DNA of 64,000 bases from a bacterium (GTDB lineage Bacteria > UBA8248). Shown here one piece after another: positions 61,445 to 64,000 of this stretch. The notes below the pieces were generated by a model. It did not search any database. It was not told where the DNA came from and worked only from the letters and a program-made list of their open reading frames with translations. Position 1 is the stretch's first letter. Each line of letters begins with the position of its first letter. The DNA is taken from NCBI GenBank assembly GCA_965219955.1, contig OZ244799.1, positions 2,272,001 to 2,336,000 on the forward strand. The letters are read 5' to 3'. Both the position numbers and the translations under genes were made by a program.

Positions 61445-63214
61445 ATGAGCGACATCGACCTGAGCACGGACCCTCAATACCGAACCGAGAAGCGTGACGG
61501 CTTCCTCATCGAATGGGACGTCCCCATCCGGATGGAAGACGGCCTGGTGCTGCGGGCGAACGTCTACCGGCCCGATGACGACGGCGAATACCCGGTCATC
61601 CTGAGCTACGGCCCCTACGCGAAGGACCTGGCCTGGCAGGATGGCTACGAGACGGCGTGGGAGCTTTTCGCCACCGGACATCCCGACGCCATCGCCGGCT
61701 CCTCGAACATCCACCAGAGCTGGGAGGTCGTGGACCCCGAGAAATGGGTGCCCGACGGCTACATCTGCGTGCGCGTGGACTCGCGCGGCGCGGGCCGCTC
61801 ACCGGGCTATATCGACCACTTCTCTCCGCGCGAGACGAAGGATTTCGCCATCTGCATCGAATGGGCGGGCGAACAGCCCTGGTGCAACGGCAAGGTGGGC
61901 CTCACGGGCATATCGTATTACGCCATCAACCAGTGGCACGTGGCGGGCCTCCAACCCAAGTATCTCGAAGCCATGTGCGTCTGGGAGGGCGCGGCCGATT
62001 TCTACCGCGACATGAGCCACCAGGGCGGCATCCTCACCACGTTCCTCGCCAACTGGTACGACATGCAGGTGAAGTCCGTGCAGCACGGCCTGGGCGAGAA
62101 CGGCCCCAAGAGCCGCGTCCACGGCGGACTCGTCTGTGGCCCCGACACCCTGAGCGAGGAGGAAATGGAGAAAAACCGCTCGGACTACGGGGGCGACATC
62201 CTGGAGCGTCCGCTGGACGGCGAGTGGTATCAGGATCGCTCCGCCCACTGGGACAAGATAAAAACACCCTTCATCTCGGCGGCGAGCTGGGGCGGACAGG
62301 GTCTCCACCCCAGGGGGAACTACGAGGGCTTCATGCGGGCGGCGTCCACGGAGAAATGGCTCGAAGTCCACGGCTTCGAACACTGGACGGAGTTCTACAC
62401 CCCCTACGGGGAGAAGCTCCAGAAGCAGTTCTTCGGCCATTATCTCAAGGGCGAGGACACCGGCTGGATGGAGAAGCCGCCCGTCATGCTCAAGGTGCGC
62501 CACGTCGGCGAGAAATTCGTCGAGCGCGGCGAGAACGAATGGCCCCTCGCGCGGACGAAGTGGACGAAGTTCTATCTGAACCCCGAATACATGAGCCTCG
62601 ACGCCGCGCCCATCGTTCGGGATCAGACCATCACCTACGGGGGATTCAGCGACGGCGTGACGTTCATGCTGCCACCGTTTGACAAGGAGACGGAGATCAC
62701 CGGCCCCATGGCTTCGAAACTCTTCGTCTCATCCGAAACCCAGGATGCAGACTTATTCCTGGTCCTGCGCCTGTTCACGCCCGACATGAAGGAGATCACC
62801 TTCCAGGGAACGCTCGACCCGAACACGCCCATCGCGCAGGGCTGGCTGAGAGCCTCGCAGCGAAAGCTCGTGCCCGAACTCTCGACGGAGTGGAAGCCCT
62901 ACCAGGCGCATGACGAGAAGCAATACCTGAACCCCGGCGAGATTTACGAACTCGACATCGAGGTCTGGCCCACCTGCATCGTGGTGCCCCCCGGCTACCG
63001 GCTGGCACTCAGCGTGCGCGGGAAGGACTATGAATACAGCTGCGCCACCACGCACAAGCTCTCGAACATGAAGAACGTGTTCAGGGGCTGCGGGCCGTTC
63101 CTGCACGACGACCCCACGGACAGGCCCGAGGAGATTTTCGGCAAGAACGTGACGCTCCACTGCGGACCCGAGCAGGCCTCCTACATCATGCTGCCCGTGG
63201 TGCCGGAGAAGTAG
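61445..63214 (+). CDS. CocE/NonD family hydrolase, copy 2
   Basis: Same motifs (GISYYA); tandem paralog. Confidence 0.93.
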   Translation: MSDIDLSTDPQYRTEKRDGFLIEWDVPIRMEDGLVLRANVYRPDDDGEYPVILSYGPYAKDLAWQDGYETAWELFATGHPDAIAGSSNIHQSWEVVDPEKWVPDGYICVRVDSRGAGRSPGYIDHFSPRETKDFAICIEWAGEQPWCNGKVGLTGISYYAINQWHVAGLQPKYLEAMCVWEGAADFYRDMSHQGGILTTFLANWYDMQVKSVQHGLGENGPKSRVHGGLVCGPDTLSEEEMEKNRSDYGGDILERPLDGEWYQDRSAHWDKIKTPFISAASWGGQGLHPRGNYEGFMRAASTEKWLEVHGFEHWTEFYTPYGEKLQKQFFGHYLKGEDTGWMEKPPVMLKVRHVGEKFVERGENEWPLARTKWTKFYLNPEYMSLDAAPIVRDQTITYGGFSDGVTFMLPPFDKETEITGPMASKLFVSSETQDADLFLVLRLFTPDMKEITFQGTLDPNTPIAQGWLRASQRKLVPELSTEWKPYQAHDEKQYLNPGEIYELDIEVWPTCIVVPPGYRLALSVRGKDYEYSCATTHKLSNMKNVFRGCGPFLHDDPTDRPEEIFGKNVTLHCGPEQASYIMLPVVPEK

Positions 63215-63432
63215 GAGCCGTTCGCGAACGGCCTCTACGGATTTTGACGAAGGGGCAGAAGGGGGCAAGTCCGCAAGGTTTCATTTTGATGCAATGCCGT
63301 TCTTGTAGGGACAGGCCCCCGTGCCTGTCCGACGGGGGACAACCACAGGAGGGTTGTCCCTACGCTGCGCTCGTTTCGGCAATCGGTAGGGTTTGCGGGT
63401 TTTGTAGGGGCGGTTCGCGAACCGCCCCTACG
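63211..63432. repeat. Cluster of GTAG-type REP palindromes
   Basis: GTAGGAGCCGTTCGCGAACGGCCTCTAC, GTAGGGACAGGCCCCCGTGCCTGTCC, GTAGGGGCGGTTCGCGAACCGCCCCTAC. Confidence 0.75.
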
Positions 63433-63441
63433 GGAGGTTAA

Positions 63442-64000
63442 CCCGGATATTTCACCGACAAATGGCATGGGGCCTCTGAATGTCGGATAATGTGAGTTGT
63501 CTCAATAACTTACACCCGTCCGACAGAGAGGCCCCATGGATACGCATTGTACACCGGAACAACTTCACTTTCACCCCCACGGAAGACGCGAGGTCATCGC
63601 CCGATTCGACGGCGGACGGATCACGTCGGACGCCGGCGGGGTGCTGCTTCGCGAGACGGATCTCCGCCTGGGTCTGATGGCTCGTCTGGCGCGGTGTTTT
63701 CGTGATTGCCGCAAGCCCGGCAGCGTGGAGCACCCGGTGCGCTCGCTGGCGGCGCAGCGGGTGTACGCGCTGGCGCTGGGCTACGAGGACCTGAACGACC
63801 ACGAGGATTTGCGCCGCGACAGGTTGCTGGCGCTGCTGGTGGGCAAGCGGGACCTGACGGGAGCCGGGCGGGTTCGCCTTCGGGACCGCGGCTCTCCGCT
63901 GGCCGCATCGAGTACGCTGAACCGCCTGGAGTTGGGCGGCGCCGAGGCGGCGACGGATCGCTACAAGCGCATCGCTGCGGACTTCGAGGCGATGGACCGC
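63442..64000 (+). mobile_element. IS1380-family element (left part); transposase starts at 63536 and runs off the window
   Basis: Hand translation MDTHCTPEQLHF...FDGGRITSDAGGVLL...QRVYALALGYEDLNDH..LR.D...LA..STLNRLE; putative left end CCCGGATATTTCAC after TTAA. Confidence 0.88.

Overview
A GC-rich bacterial chromosomal segment. The core is housekeeping and metabolic: lsrF-like aldolase, YhaM-like HD nuclease, msrA, nfeD/SPFH, thrC, metB-like, kdsA-pyrG-kdsB followed by a glycosyltransferase cluster, moeB-like, ino1, nth, tRNA-Arg(CCG), tandem HIBADH-family and CocE paralogs. Accessory material is dense. (1) An AT-rich retron locus (about 49670-51690) has a structured leader with a1/a2-like arms, a small protein whose start codon is locked in a hairpin, an XRE HTH and a retron-type RT with WVDD. 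A near-perfect SD drives a 4-codon mini-ORF inside the leader. (2) A four-gene membrane operon (15215-20062) pairs ZorA/MotA-like and ZorB/OmpA-like genes with a vWA-like protein and a multi-TM coiled-coil protein; it matches no Zorya type I know and is bracketed by an inverted REP pair. (3) Two eukaryote-type sterol C-24 methyltransferase homologues are present, one translationally coupled to a Neverland/KshA-like Rieske oxygenase. (4) An array of small-gene cassettes each carries a recoded copy of the 3' end of the neighbouring dehydrogenase gene. (5) There are many REP doublets, a family of IR-bounded transposase-less elements, and an IS1380 at the right edge. All calls come from motif reading by eye; no database searches, folding or GC calculations were run. 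Start codons are best guesses. A host-associated (e.g. sponge) lifestyle is only an inference.
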